Source: an uncultured Opitutales bacterium | GTDB lineage: Bacteria; Verrucomicrobiota; Verrucomicrobiia; Opitutales; UBA9783 | Direction of reading: 5' to 3' | Length of the DNA stretch: 64,000 nt | Assembly: GCA_944389435.1 (NCBI GenBank) | Contig: CALXMI010000052.1 | Location: 544 to 64,543, forward strand | Shown here: positions 1 through 9,764 of the stretch, piece by piece | How positions within the stretch are numbered: the first letter of the stretch is position 1 | Layout: the number at the start of each line of letters is the position of its first letter | Position numbers and translations under genes: made by a program | The notes under the pieces: model-generated | Told to the model about the DNA's origin: nothing | Database searches by the model: none | The model's input: only the letters and a program-made list of their open reading frames with translations

Positions 1-1581
1 GTCAAAATAGACATCGCCTTGTGCGGACAAGTAGGTACATTCACCTTCTTTAACTTGTGTCATACCTGTAGAGGTCAATTTAAAGAAAGGGGTAAACTTT
101 GTATCGCTTAATGCAATTTTTGTTTTAAAGGTTGCTGCATCAAAATTGTTGGTAAAAGACACGTTGTTGTCGCATCGAATAAGGGTATTGGTAAGCACAT
201 TCTTTTGACCGACAGCCATCTCGATCACGCGTGCGTAAATAGGCTGTAAGGTGGCAATCTCCCAATGATTCTTCTTTTCACTCCACTGAAAACTAAGCAT
301 GCCCGAATCCAAACTGCCACGTAGTTTGCAATCATATTTCTGCAGATAGGGATTAAACAGCTCGAATGGGATTTCGTAGACATTTAATTCCAGCAAAGGT
401 ACGTCTGTTTTTTCAGCTTTTTCAAAGCCAGTAGCGTAATTGTAGGTTATTGCATGCGCCCCATTTAAGGCAAAAAACAACCGCTGAGCACCCTTTTCCT
501 TTAACGAAATATTGTACTGCTTCAAAGTAACCTTTTTACTATCCAATTCGGCATCTACATTCATCTTTAGGTTAAGGCTTGGCAGTTGGCTTAATCCAGG
601 ATCAAGGACTTCAAAACGCTTACCCCAAGCACTTATGTAGGTATGCGTGTTCCAAACGTTTGTCTTCTTGTTAAGAGAAACTTCGCCTTCCGCCATAAAA
701 GACAATGTCGGTAAAGCCTGATCCAAAAAAACCTTTAGCAAACTATGATCACAAACACCTTGCCAAGTAAACGTATAGGCGTGATCGACCGTTTTCAAGG
801 ACTCACCTACGACAATAAAGTCGTTCGCTTGCCCATAGTGAACGGATAGCTTCAAATGCTCCTGTGGAGCCGTATCAGAACCCTTTACGTAGAGCGAATA
901 TGTTAATGTCGGCAGTTTTTTGCCCGCTTGAACGACCCTCATATGCCCGGAACTATTGAGAGTTTGAAACACACCCTTAGCATTGGAAGTTGCTTGAATT
1001 TTACCTTTAGTTTGCAACTTTAAGGCTTCACCTTGTTTCATAAGGCCTGAAAACTTCAACTCTCCTGTCTGACCGGGCATTAAATTTTCAAGCGTAATAT
1101 GCAAACCATCCATCTCGGTACCCATTACGTGACCTGACAACCAAATGTCGGTTTGTTTGATTCGTACTGGGAGCGGCAGCCGCAAATACTGCAAAAAGCT
1201 GTACTTTTTTTCAGCACTACGTGTTAAAAAATTGGCTTCTGCTTTCTCACCTTTTTGCAAATCCACACCCTTTAAGTCTAAATTGACGTACGCTTTAAAA
1301 CTATCAATATCCAAACCTTTACCGAGGACTATAGACCACGGATTCCATTTAAGGGAAACTTCTTTTGCCTCCAAAGAGAACTGTTTTCGCGAAACCGAAA
1401 TGCGAGCCATATTTATTTCATGGCAGTTGCTCTTATAGTTTACAATCTCTACATTTTTAAAATAGCACTTTAACGCTATAGACAGACAAACATACTGCAG
1501 TTTAGAGCTCAATGCAAGTGTAACGATAAGGGTAGCAAAAAGGGCTCCAATGAACAAAGCATATTTCCAAAACCTTTTCAT
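1..1581 (-). CDS. Membrane-anchored large protein, N-terminal 527 codons only (continues past the left edge); tentatively an AsmA/TamB-like envelope protein
   Basis: It is absent from the ORF track because its stop lies outside the window. In the minus frame (codons aligned to + positions 1-3, 4-6, ...) I found no tta/cta/tca triplet from 1 to 1581. ATG is at 1581-1579. The N-terminus 'MKRFWKYALFIGALFATLIVTLALSS' is a single anchor followed by long non-repetitive sequence. The family assignment is by architecture only. Confidence 0.7.
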   Translation of the reverse strand, partial: MKRFWKYALFIGALFATLIVTLALSSKLQYVCLSIALKCYFKNVEIVNYKSNCHEINMARISVSRKQFSLEAKEVSLKWNPWSIVLGKGLDIDSFKAYVNLDLKGVDLQKGEKAEANFLTRSAEKKYSFLQYLRLPLPVRIKQTDIWLSGHVMGTEMDGLHITLENLMPGQTGELKFSGLMKQGEALKLQTKGKIQATSNAKGVFQTLNSSGHMRVVQAGKKLPTLTYSLYVKGSDTAPQEHLKLSVHYGQANDFIVVGESLKTVDHAYTFTWQGVCDHSLLKVFLDQALPTLSFMAEGEVSLNKKTNVWNTHTYISAWGKRFEVLDPGLSQLPSLNLKMNVDAELDSKKVTLKQYNISLKEKGAQRLFFALNGAHAITYNYATGFEKAEKTDVPLLELNVYEIPFELFNPYLQKYDCKLRGSLDSGMLSFQWSEKKNHWEIATLQPIYARVIEMAVGQKNVLTNTLIRCDNNVSFTNNFDAATFKTKIALSDTKFTPFFKLTSTGMTQVKEGECTYLSAQGDVYFD

Positions 1582-1687
1582 CGTACCGTTTATGAAATAC
1601 TTTTTTAAAAAATTTCGCAAACATATTTTATAAAAAACGCAATAAAAGCTTGTTTCCTTTACGAAAACAGTAGATAGTTTTATTACT

Positions 1688-2431
1688 ATGAAAAAATTAG
1701 ATAACCGTGTTGCGCTTGTCACAGGAGCAGGTAGGGGAATCGGCAAAGCTATTGCAGAACATTTTGCTAAAGAAGGGGCGACTGTTTTGTGCGTTAGCAA
1801 AACGCCAATCAACTGTAAACAGGTTGCGCAAGGCATTATCGATCAAGGAGGTAAGGCGGTTGCTTTCCCCATGGATGTTGCAGACAAAGCATCTATTCAA
1901 AACGTCAGCCAAACCATCCTAGCAGCTTATCCACAAGTAGATATTTTGGTAAACAACGCAGGCATCACTCGCGACAAACTTTTTGTTCGCATGTCCGACG
2001 AAGACTGGGAGCAAGTTCTATTCACAAATTTGTTTAGCGCCTTTTACCTTTGTAAGCAATTCGTTCCAGCCATGACACAAAAACGCTGGGGTCGCATCAT
2101 CAACATTTCGTCCGTTTCAGGTATTATGGGCAATGCAGGTCAGGCCAATTATTCGACCGCCAAGGCAGGTCTTATCGGCTTCACCAAAACCTTGGCTAAA
2201 GAATTGGCCTGTCGCTCCATAACTGTCAACGCAATTGCGCCTGGATTCATTGCCACCCAAATGACGCAAAATTTAAATGAATCGGTTGTAGAACAAGCCA
2301 AAAAGTTGATTCCATTGCGCCGTTTCGGAGAAGCTAGCGAAATCGCCAACATGGCTACATTTTTAGCCTCTGAAGAAGCCAGTTACATAACGGGACAAGT
2401 CATAAAAATCGACGGCGGTATGGTCATGTAG
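1688..2431 (+). CDS. fabG: 3-oxoacyl-ACP reductase (short-chain dehydrogenase)
   Basis: 247 aa. Rossmann motif 'VTGAGRGIGKAIA', 'NNAGITRD', and catalytic Y-x3-K 'YSTAKAG'. Confidence 0.93.
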   Translation: MKKLDNRVALVTGAGRGIGKAIAEHFAKEGATVLCVSKTPINCKQVAQGIIDQGGKAVAFPMDVADKASIQNVSQTILAAYPQVDILVNNAGITRDKLFVRMSDEDWEQVLFTNLFSAFYLCKQFVPAMTQKRWGRIINISSVSGIMGNAGQANYSTAKAGLIGFTKTLAKELACRSITVNAIAPGFIATQMTQNLNESVVEQAKKLIPLRRFGEASEIANMATFLASEEASYITGQVIKIDGGMVM

Positions 2432-2613
2432 CCTTTAGACTATTTTGCGTTGTCATTAGAGCACCGTGGATATTGCTAGCGGGGCTTATTTTTTGAAGTT
2501 CATTGTTTTTAAATAAGATTTTACACTCTTAAATAACAAGATCTTTGTAACATTTATTCACCGACAATATCGCTTGCTTTCGCGTAAAAGCAATAAAAAG
2601 ACTCCGAATAGGC

Positions 2614-3717
2614 TTACGTGTTAAACTTAAACAGAGCAATGTCGCCTTCTTGAAAAACATACTCTTTGCCTTCAAGACGAACCTTACCTTTTTCTCGAGC
2701 ACCGAGGAAGCCATTGTTCTCGACAAAATCTCTGTAAGAAACAACTTCAGCCTTGATAAAACCTTTTTGGAAGTCGGTGTGAATGATTCCGGCACATTCG
2801 GGGGCTTTCATACCCAACTTAAACGTCCAAGCTCGCACTTCCTGCACGCCTGCTGTAAAATAGGAGGCCAGACCAAGTAACCGATAGGCTTTCTGAATGA
2901 GCTCATTAACGCCACTATCCTGCAAATTTAAGGATGCTAAATATTCTTTGGCTTCATCCTTTGACAAATCAACCAATTCCGCTTCTAGTTTTGCTGAAAG
3001 CATGCAATAAGATGCTTGCGTCGTTTTCTCTAAATAACCTCGTACAGCTTGCACGTGATGATTTTCTTCATTCGATTGCAAATCCTCTTCAGCAACGTTA
3101 CAAACGTATAAAACCGGCTTCTGCGTTAGCAAACAAAGCTGTTTCATGAGATGAGCCTCATCGTCTTCTATGTCAAACTGGCTTGCGGGCTTACCTGCAT
3201 TCAGGTGTTCACAGAGACGCTTAAGCAAGTTATGCATGGCAACAGCCTCTTTGTCGGCTGATTTGGCTTTCTTGGCCCAACGATCGACCTGTTGCTCAAC
3301 CGATTGAACATCCGCCAATAGCAGCTCGGTACTGATGACTTCAATGTCGCGCACAGGATCAACAGAACCCATATTATGCAAGATATCATCGTTGTCAAAG
3401 CAACGTACGACTTGCGCAATCACATCCACCTCTCGAATATTAGCAAGGAACTGATTGCCTAGACCTTCCCCTTGATAGGCACCCTTTACAAGACCAGCAA
3501 TATCTACAAATTCAATGACGGCTGGAACAATTTTTTCCGTATGTACCAATTTTGCCAAAACGGGCAAGCGATCATCAGGAACCTCGACCATACCTACATT
3601 GGGTTCTATAGTACAAAATGGATAATTCGCCGCCTCAGCTTTATGCGTATGTGTTACCGCATTAAATAGCGTACTTTTGCCTACATTTGGCAGTCCAACA
3701 ATTCCTACTTTCAACAT
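2614..3717 (-). CDS. ychF: Ribosome-binding ATPase YchF
   Basis: 367 aa. P-loop 'GIVGLPNVGKSTLFNA', with the OBG-HflX-like YchF layout and a C-terminal TGS-like end '...FIKAEVVSY'. Confidence 0.95.
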   Translation of the reverse strand: MLKVGIVGLPNVGKSTLFNAVTHTHKAEAANYPFCTIEPNVGMVEVPDDRLPVLAKLVHTEKIVPAVIEFVDIAGLVKGAYQGEGLGNQFLANIREVDVIAQVVRCFDNDDILHNMGSVDPVRDIEVISTELLLADVQSVEQQVDRWAKKAKSADKEAVAMHNLLKRLCEHLNAGKPASQFDIEDDEAHLMKQLCLLTQKPVLYVCNVAEEDLQSNEENHHVQAVRGYLEKTTQASYCMLSAKLEAELVDLSKDEAKEYLASLNLQDSGVNELIQKAYRLLGLASYFTAGVQEVRAWTFKLGMKAPECAGIIHTDFQKGFIKAEVVSYRDFVENNGFLGAREKGKVRLEGKEYVFQEGDIALFKFNT

Positions 3718-3721
3718 AACT

Positions 3722-4300
3722 TCAATTCCGTTCTCTCATGGCTTCATTTAAGGCTTGAACACTTAATCGATAAGTGTGGCAATCGTCTTTATCTTTATGC
3801 CACTCTGTAACGTAAATACCTGTAGGATCTTTTGAATCCTTATGCAAGGTTATTTTGAAACCACCTGCATTGATGACATTATTTTTGTTTGAAAAAGGAT
3901 ACTTTTGCTGTGTTTTTTCACAAAAAATCAACCCGCTAAAAGCCTCTATGTTATAGGCAGCCACGCCTTTTGTAAGCGTTTGTAACACACCCTCATCGGT
4001 TGCAATAATGGCTTCTTTGGTATCACAACTTACCTGTCGTAAGGTAAATCCATACGGCGATCTTTGGCCTTGTGTCAAGTGAAGCAGTTCCTGTTTATAT
4101 AAAAATACGAAACGTTGTTCCCCTGAAGGCATTTGAAGGCAACCATGGTACTGCAATGGAAACGGCTCATATTGGAATTGCTCCAAACGGTAAGCGTTGG
4201 TTTGATTCTGAAGCGGGACAAAAATGGATACTTGTGGTAAGTCATCTGCCATAACAAAAGTTGACAGGAACCATAAAAATAAGGTGCGTAAGGATTTCAT
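3722..4300 (-). CDS. Secreted hypothetical protein encoded directly downstream of a GspE-like ATPase
   Basis: The track ORF is 3722..4327 with a TTG start. An in-frame ATG at 4300 gives a signal-peptide-like 'MKSLRTLFLWFLSTFVMA/DD' and lies 4 nt after the ATPase stop (4305). No domain recognised. Confidence 0.7.
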   Translation of the reverse strand: MKSLRTLFLWFLSTFVMADDLPQVSIFVPLQNQTNAYRLEQFQYEPFPLQYHGCLQMPSGEQRFVFLYKQELLHLTQGQRSPYGFTLRQVSCDTKEAIIATDEGVLQTLTKGVAAYNIEAFSGLIFCEKTQQKYPFSNKNNVINAGGFKITLHKDSKDPTGIYVTEWHKDKDDCHTYRLSVQALNEAMRERN

Positions 4301-4304
4301 AGCG

Positions 4305-5453
4305 TTAATTTTGAAAAATCCATTCAAATTGAGGAACGGCAGCTTGTGTCCATTGCTGATGAATTTGCAGTTTTACGTTATCCTTAAAAACAGAAAAATC
4401 GATACCTAATTCTGCGCAACGTTGAGAAACCATTGCCAGGTCGTTTGCATGCAAAGTCGTAATAACCAAATAGCCAGATAGGCTAGAATAAAAGGCAGCT
4501 TGAGCAGTTTCAGTATCTCGAATTTCGCCCCAAACAATAACGTCTGGATCTTGTCGCAAAACGGCATGCATTGCGTCTTGGATCCTGTAATTTTGCTGTG
4601 GATTTATTTCCGTCTGAACAAGCGACGACAGTTCAATTTCTATCGGATCTTCAATCGCAATAATCTTCTTACCCTGTTTATGCAGAAAATCTGCAATTGA
4701 ATAAAGCGTCGTCGTTTTTCCGCTACCGGTTGGCCCTGAAATAAGGATCATGCCTGCTTTAAAGGTTTTACCTTTCTGGGTTAAAGTCTGATATAAGTCA
4801 TCTGGCAGCTGCAACGACGATAACTGACACGGAAAGATCGATTCACTCAATAAACGCAACACAAGGCTTTGTACAACCGGACTCGCCATGTAAGAAAGAC
4901 GACAAAATACATGCATTTGTTGACAGACATATCGAAAATGACCTTCCTGAGCTCGAAGCGTATTGTCAATGTTTAAGGAGGCTGCCGACAAAAAGCTTTT
5001 TAACAAGAGCTCGCCTTGTTCAAGCGGTAACTGCTTTTGCGTAAACACTTGCCGCTGACAACGAAATTGAAGTTGTGCCCCTTGCGATGTTAACGTTAGC
5101 AATACATCCGAAGCTCTTTGCTGTAGTGCTTGAGATAAAATGTCTTCAAATGCATTATGGTCCGACAAGAGCCTAACACCAGAAAGCTTCGATTTATGCT
5201 GACAAGCATACCATCGAGCATCGGTTGCCGCCTCAAGCTTTGTCCAACACACTTGCGGCAAATCCCAAGGCAAAGCAATCGTGAACGTTTGCGGTCCCAT
5301 TTGGTAAAAAGGCACTCGCAGCTTTCTTAATTGCACTAAAGTCGAAAAACGGTCTTCCGCTTTAAGCTTTGTGAGGGCATGAATGATGGTTCTCTTTTGA
5401 ATGGCAGCCTGAACACGTTGCAGGATGCTTGTAATCCGTTTCATAAAAGCCAT
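4305..5453 (-). CDS. Short GspE/PilB/ComGA-type secretion ATPase (copy 1)
   Basis: Walker A 'GPTGSGKTTT', Asp box 'IAIEDPIE', Walker B 'DPDVIVWGEIRD', His box 'LVITTLHAN'. The N-terminal segment looks like T2SSE_N. The protein ends about 44 aa after the His box, so it has no Cys4 zinc domain. In-frame ATGs are at 5453 and 5444, and the track start at 5486 is TTG. Every candidate start overlaps the upstream FmdB gene. Confidence 0.85.
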   Translation of the reverse strand: MAFMKRITSILQRVQAAIQKRTIIHALTKLKAEDRFSTLVQLRKLRVPFYQMGPQTFTIALPWDLPQVCWTKLEAATDARWYACQHKSKLSGVRLLSDHNAFEDILSQALQQRASDVLLTLTSQGAQLQFRCQRQVFTQKQLPLEQGELLLKSFLSAASLNIDNTLRAQEGHFRYVCQQMHVFCRLSYMASPVVQSLVLRLLSESIFPCQLSSLQLPDDLYQTLTQKGKTFKAGMILISGPTGSGKTTTLYSIADFLHKQGKKIIAIEDPIEIELSSLVQTEINPQQNYRIQDAMHAVLRQDPDVIVWGEIRDTETAQAAFYSSLSGYLVITTLHANDLAMVSQRCAELGIDFSVFKDNVKLQIHQQWTQAAVPQFEWIFQN

Positions 5454-5607
5454 GTCCTTTAAAGATGATACCCGAACCTGCTCCAATACACTTCTTCAAA
5501 GCAGGTTTGTTGCATTGTGGACAAATGGTCTTCGCGGGCTCACTGATGGAATGAAAAATCTCAAACTTTTTTCCACACTCAAGACAAATGTAATCATAAG
5601 TTGGCAT
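5362..5607 (-). CDS. FmdB-family zinc-ribbon protein
   Basis: 81 aa. 'MPTYDYICLECGKKFE...CPQCN' (CxxC...CxxC), followed by 'GIIFKGHGFYETDY'. Confidence 0.85.
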   Translation of the reverse strand: MPTYDYICLECGKKFEIFHSISEPAKTICPQCNKPALKKCIGAGSGIIFKGHGFYETDYKHPATCSGCHSKENHHSCPHKA

Positions 5608-5867
5608 ACGATCATTCTACAACACCTCCTTTTTTATTTTGCAAGAATAAACAAAATGTTTTTTGAGCTAAAACAACCCATATTCACAGATAAATCACCG
5701 CAAAATAGTTTCTATTTGCATGAGCAATACTCCTGTCTGCCAAAATTTTCTCTGTTTACATCTAAGATTTTGCAAAAAAGTTATCGATACAGGTGATCTT
5801 TAAGGAAAATTCATTTTTCCCATGGACAAATCAAAAATTTTAACTACATACTAGGACTGGATACATT

Positions 5868-7376
5868 ATGCTTTCTATTATCGATTCGGGTAGTTTACAT
5901 GGGATAGACGCACTTCCTATTCAAGTGGAGGTCAATACAGGAGAGCGCGGTGAATTAAAATGGGTTATCGTCGGTTTGCCAGACGCAGCTGTTAAAGAGT
6001 CCCAAAACCGTGTTTTTTCCGCATTGGGCAACTGTGGATTTATGCTGCCTATTTCTCGAACAACCATCAACTTGGCTCCTGGCGACTTGCGCAAAGTCGG
6101 GCCCATTTATGATCTTCCTATCGCCTTAGCCATTATCTCGGCAACACAACAGGCTGATCTTTCGCTTGCTTCTGACTTTTTAATCGCCGGAGAGCTCAGT
6201 CTTTCGGGGAAATTGCGATTTATCCCTGGAGCGTTTAACTTCGCACTTTTAGCTAAGAAAATGGGTAAAAAAGGCGTCATTTTGCCTTTAGAGTGCGCCC
6301 ATTTGGCAACCTACGTAGAAGGTATCGATGTCTATGGCATGGAACATCTAAGCGATTGTGTTGCGTTTCTAAAGCGAACAAAGACCGTTGAGCCTCTGAA
6401 GATTCCAACACAAGAAAGCACGCCTTTAATTACGAACGACTTACAAGCCATCCATGGTCAGCAAATCCTAAAAAGAGTCGTTGAGATCGCCGTTGCAGGC
6501 AATCATAATCTGTTGATGATGGGCCCTCCTGGATGTGGCAAATCGATGATAGCCAAATGTATTCCCGACTTAATGCCCACGCCTACATTGGACGAATGGC
6601 TCGAAATATTGAAGATTCAAAGCGCCTGCGGTCTGCATCCAGAAACCTCTCAACGACGACGTCCTTTTCGCTCACCTCATCACAATGTAAGTGACGCAGG
6701 GCTTATTGGTGGTGGCATTATTCCACAACCCGGCGAAATTTCTTTGGCTCACGGTGGCGTCCTTTTTCTAGATGAATTGCCTGAGTTCAAACGTTCTGTT
6801 CTGGAAATGCTGAGGCAGCCGCTTGAAAACGGACAAGTTTCTATTGTTCGTTCTAATGGAAAGCTAACATTTCCTTGTCAAACACTTTGTATTGCCGCGA
6901 TGAACCCGTGTCCTTGTGGCTATTTCGGCAATCACCAGCGTCGTTGTACCTGCTCACAGCGGCAAATTCAACAATATCGTTCGCGCATAAGCGGGCCTTT
7001 AATGGATCGTTTTGATTTGCAACTGGACGTTCAACCGGTTGACTTATCCTCCTTTCGAGAGTCCACACCCAAAGGACCTTCGTCGGCTGAAGTAAAAAAG
7101 CGCATTGTATCGGCTCGTAAACTACAAATGGAACGAAGCCATAGTTGTAACGCATACTTATCTGCAGGCCAAATTGAGGCCACCTGTCAGTGCTCACAAG
7201 CGCATCTGGTTTGGTTGCAAAACGCTTGTCAACAGTTACAATTGTCCGCTCGGGCTTATCATAAAGTCCTAAAAATTGCACGTACGATAGCCGATCTTGA
7301 AGCTAGTTCCTCGGTTGAGCAAAAGCATCTTATGGAAGCTATGCAGTACCGCTGTCTCGATCGATCGTGGAAATAG
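5868..7376 (+). CDS. comM: YifB/ComM Mg-chelatase-like AAA+ ATPase
   Basis: 502 aa. Walker A 'GPPGCGKSM', Walker B 'VLFLDELPEF', and a typical N-terminal Lon-like domain 'LHGIDALPIQVEV'. Confidence 0.92.
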   Translation: MLSIIDSGSLHGIDALPIQVEVNTGERGELKWVIVGLPDAAVKESQNRVFSALGNCGFMLPISRTTINLAPGDLRKVGPIYDLPIALAIISATQQADLSLASDFLIAGELSLSGKLRFIPGAFNFALLAKKMGKKGVILPLECAHLATYVEGIDVYGMEHLSDCVAFLKRTKTVEPLKIPTQESTPLITNDLQAIHGQQILKRVVEIAVAGNHNLLMMGPPGCGKSMIAKCIPDLMPTPTLDEWLEILKIQSACGLHPETSQRRRPFRSPHHNVSDAGLIGGGIIPQPGEISLAHGGVLFLDELPEFKRSVLEMLRQPLENGQVSIVRSNGKLTFPCQTLCIAAMNPCPCGYFGNHQRRCTCSQRQIQQYRSRISGPLMDRFDLQLDVQPVDLSSFRESTPKGPSSAEVKKRIVSARKLQMERSHSCNAYLSAGQIEATCQCSQAHLVWLQNACQQLQLSARAYHKVLKIARTIADLEASSSVEQKHLMEAMQYRCLDRSWK

Positions 7377-7504
7377 GCTACAAATTTAAGGCTTCATCTT
7401 GCTATCAAGCTTGTTAGGTCTCTTTTGCGACTTGTCTTGCTTCACATCCGAAAAGGCAATATAAAAGCTTGATTTTTTTGAAGAAATGCGTCGAAATAGT
7501 GCCC

Positions 7505-8866
7505 ATGTCTTTACCATCGGTTTTATTATTTGGCCAAACGAACGTAGGTAAAAGTACGTTGTTTAATCGCTTGACTCGTACCAAAAATGCAGTTGTATAT
7601 AATCAGCCAGGCATAACACGTGATTTTATTTCAGGCGACGTAGACCAAACGTTTCGATTGATGGACAGTGGCGGGTTATTTAGTCCAAAAGATGACTTTA
7701 GCAAGTTGGTCGAAAATCGCGTATGGAAAGCCCTAAAGCAGGTGGACGTTATTATCTGGGTTTTGGATGGACGACAGGGACTTAGCCCCATGGACCGCGA
7801 AGTATCGCAGTCCTTACGTAAACTGCCTCAACCCAAGATTTTAGCGATTAACAAAATTGATAACAATGTAGACGAAACCCATTTGTCCGAATTTTATCGA
7901 CTAGGATGGAACGTCTTGATCCCTATTTCCGCAGAACATAATCTCAATATCGATCTTCTGAAAGAAGCCATTCGTCAGTTTTTACCCAAACAGGGACAGC
8001 CCGAAGAACCTATTCCGGTAACAGCTCAATTTGCCCTGGTTGGACGGCCCAACGTGGGCAAATCCTCTCTGACAAATGCGTTACTGAAGGAAGAACGTGT
8101 TTTGGTAAGCGATGTGGCCGGTACAACGCGTGATGCGGTTGAGTGTCCTTTTACATGGACCTTCAAAAAGACACAAACCACGGAACGCTTTATCCTTGTA
8201 GATACAGCCGGTATTCGAAAGAAAACAACCGATGCAGTCGAGTTTTATTCGTCTGTTCGCACCAATGCTGCGTTGGCAAAAGTAGACATGGCCGTTATTT
8301 TGTTGGATATTTTAGCCGGGCCAACAACCTTGGACAAAGCCCTCATTCAAGAAGTCCAAAATTTGGGCAAAGGCTGTATTTTAGTTGTTAACAAGTGGGA
8401 TATTGCGCGTGAAAAATTGGCAGAAGAAGGCCAAAACATTGCTAAATTCCAAGAAAAGTTTCTAGAAGAAGTTCAACGCGCCTGCCACTTTAGCGACGCA
8501 AGCATTACCTTTGTTTCAGCAAAAACTGGCGAAGGCTTAGAAAGTTTACTGTATCAAATCAAAGCTTTACAGCGGCGTCTACAAACGAAGATTACAACCG
8601 GCATCTTAAATCGCTTCTTTCAAACGATTCAATTAAAGAGCCCACCGGCATCTTGCAACGGAAAGCATTTTAAGATTTACTACGCCGTTCAAAAAGGAAC
8701 GCGACCGTTCACTTTAAAGGTTTTCTGCAATCGCTTAGCCTGGATACCACAAAATTACAAACGCTTCCTGGAAAACAGCCTAAGGAAATCCTTTGATTTG
8801 GCTGGTTGCCCTATTGTTTGGGATTGGATTGAAAAGCCAAAAGACAGCGGCGTATCCAACGAATAG
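7505..8866 (+). CDS. der: Ribosome-assembly GTPase Der (EngA)
   Basis: Two G domains ('GQTNVGKSTLFNRL' and 'GRPNVGKSSLTNAL') plus a KH-like C-terminus. The ATG at 7505 is preferred over the TTG at 7469. Confidence 0.93.
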   Translation: MSLPSVLLFGQTNVGKSTLFNRLTRTKNAVVYNQPGITRDFISGDVDQTFRLMDSGGLFSPKDDFSKLVENRVWKALKQVDVIIWVLDGRQGLSPMDREVSQSLRKLPQPKILAINKIDNNVDETHLSEFYRLGWNVLIPISAEHNLNIDLLKEAIRQFLPKQGQPEEPIPVTAQFALVGRPNVGKSSLTNALLKEERVLVSDVAGTTRDAVECPFTWTFKKTQTTERFILVDTAGIRKKTTDAVEFYSSVRTNAALAKVDMAVILLDILAGPTTLDKALIQEVQNLGKGCILVVNKWDIAREKLAEEGQNIAKFQEKFLEEVQRACHFSDASITFVSAKTGEGLESLLYQIKALQRRLQTKITTGILNRFFQTIQLKSPPASCNGKHFKIYYAVQKGTRPFTLKVFCNRLAWIPQNYKRFLENSLRKSFDLAGCPIVWDWIEKPKDSGVSNE

Positions 8867-8868
8867 TT

Positions 8869-9729
8869 ATGGAAGAAATCGAAGAATTTAAAATCTTCTT
8901 GAGGAAGCGCAATTATTCCACTTACACCCAAAGAGATTACCTGGATACGGTTGAACGATGGCATGCTTTTACGCAAAGTCAGCATATTGCCTTAAACGAT
9001 GGTCATTTGCTACCTTCCTTCTTAGCAAAAAGACAAGTGGGGAAGCGTACGCTGAATCATGATTTATCGGCCCTAAGGACCTTTTTTAAGTTTTTATTAG
9101 ACACGCGAGGTCTCGAAATTCCAACGGAGATATCAGAAACAAGCCCTAAGTTTACTGCAAAACTGCCTACTTTTTTTACAATAGAACAGATTAAAACTTT
9201 GCTCGATATGCCCGATCAATTGTTTGCCAAAGGCGCCTTAAAGGACTTCTTTTGGCGCCGTGACAAGGCTATTTTAGAACTTTTATACGGCAGCGGCATC
9301 CGTGTCGGCGAATTGGTTACGTTGAAATGTTCAGATGTTGATTGGGAACACTCCTTTATACGCGTTATGGGCAAAGGTCGCAAGGAAAGAATCATACCCA
9401 TCGGTGTGCCATCCCTGAAAGCCTTACAAAATCTACACGTGCTCATTCAAACGCCAGCGCTGATTCCTAATGAACATGGAAAGTTTCTGACAACGCGCTC
9501 GGTCCAATTGATTATAAAAAAATATCTGCAAGAAGGACACTTGCCCATGAACATGACGCCACATAGTTGCCGACACAGTTACGCAACACACATGATTCAA
9601 AATGGAGCTGATTTACGTTCCGTCCAAGAATTACTGGGGCACGCTAATTTATCTACAACACAAAAGTATACCCACGTTAACATCAACTTTTTGAAAAAAG
9701 TATACCAACAGGCTCATCCGCAAAAATAG
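8869..9729 (+). CDS. XerC/XerD-family tyrosine recombinase
   Basis: 286 aa. 'GIRVGELVTLK', 'GKGRKERIIPIG', 'HSCRHSYATHMIQNGADLRSVQELLGHANLSTTQKYTHV' (R..H-x-x-R..Y). Confidence 0.9.
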   Translation: MEEIEEFKIFLRKRNYSTYTQRDYLDTVERWHAFTQSQHIALNDGHLLPSFLAKRQVGKRTLNHDLSALRTFFKFLLDTRGLEIPTEISETSPKFTAKLPTFFTIEQIKTLLDMPDQLFAKGALKDFFWRRDKAILELLYGSGIRVGELVTLKCSDVDWEHSFIRVMGKGRKERIIPIGVPSLKALQNLHVLIQTPALIPNEHGKFLTTRSVQLIIKKYLQEGHLPMNMTPHSCRHSYATHMIQNGADLRSVQELLGHANLSTTQKYTHVNINFLKKVYQQAHPQK

Positions 9730-9764
9730 CTTTTCAACAATTTGCTTGTAAATTCAATGGTATC

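Noticed and set aside
1145-1438. 97-aa + strand ORF from the track
   Set aside because: It lies antisense to a 527-codon open minus-strand frame with a clear start and membrane anchor. Its composition is odd and no motif is present.
8869-9729. Tyrosine recombinase as a marker of an integrated mobile element
   Set aside because: The sequence has the full XerC/XerD signature and sits 2 nt after der among housekeeping genes. No flanking direct repeats, tRNA or cargo genes are present.
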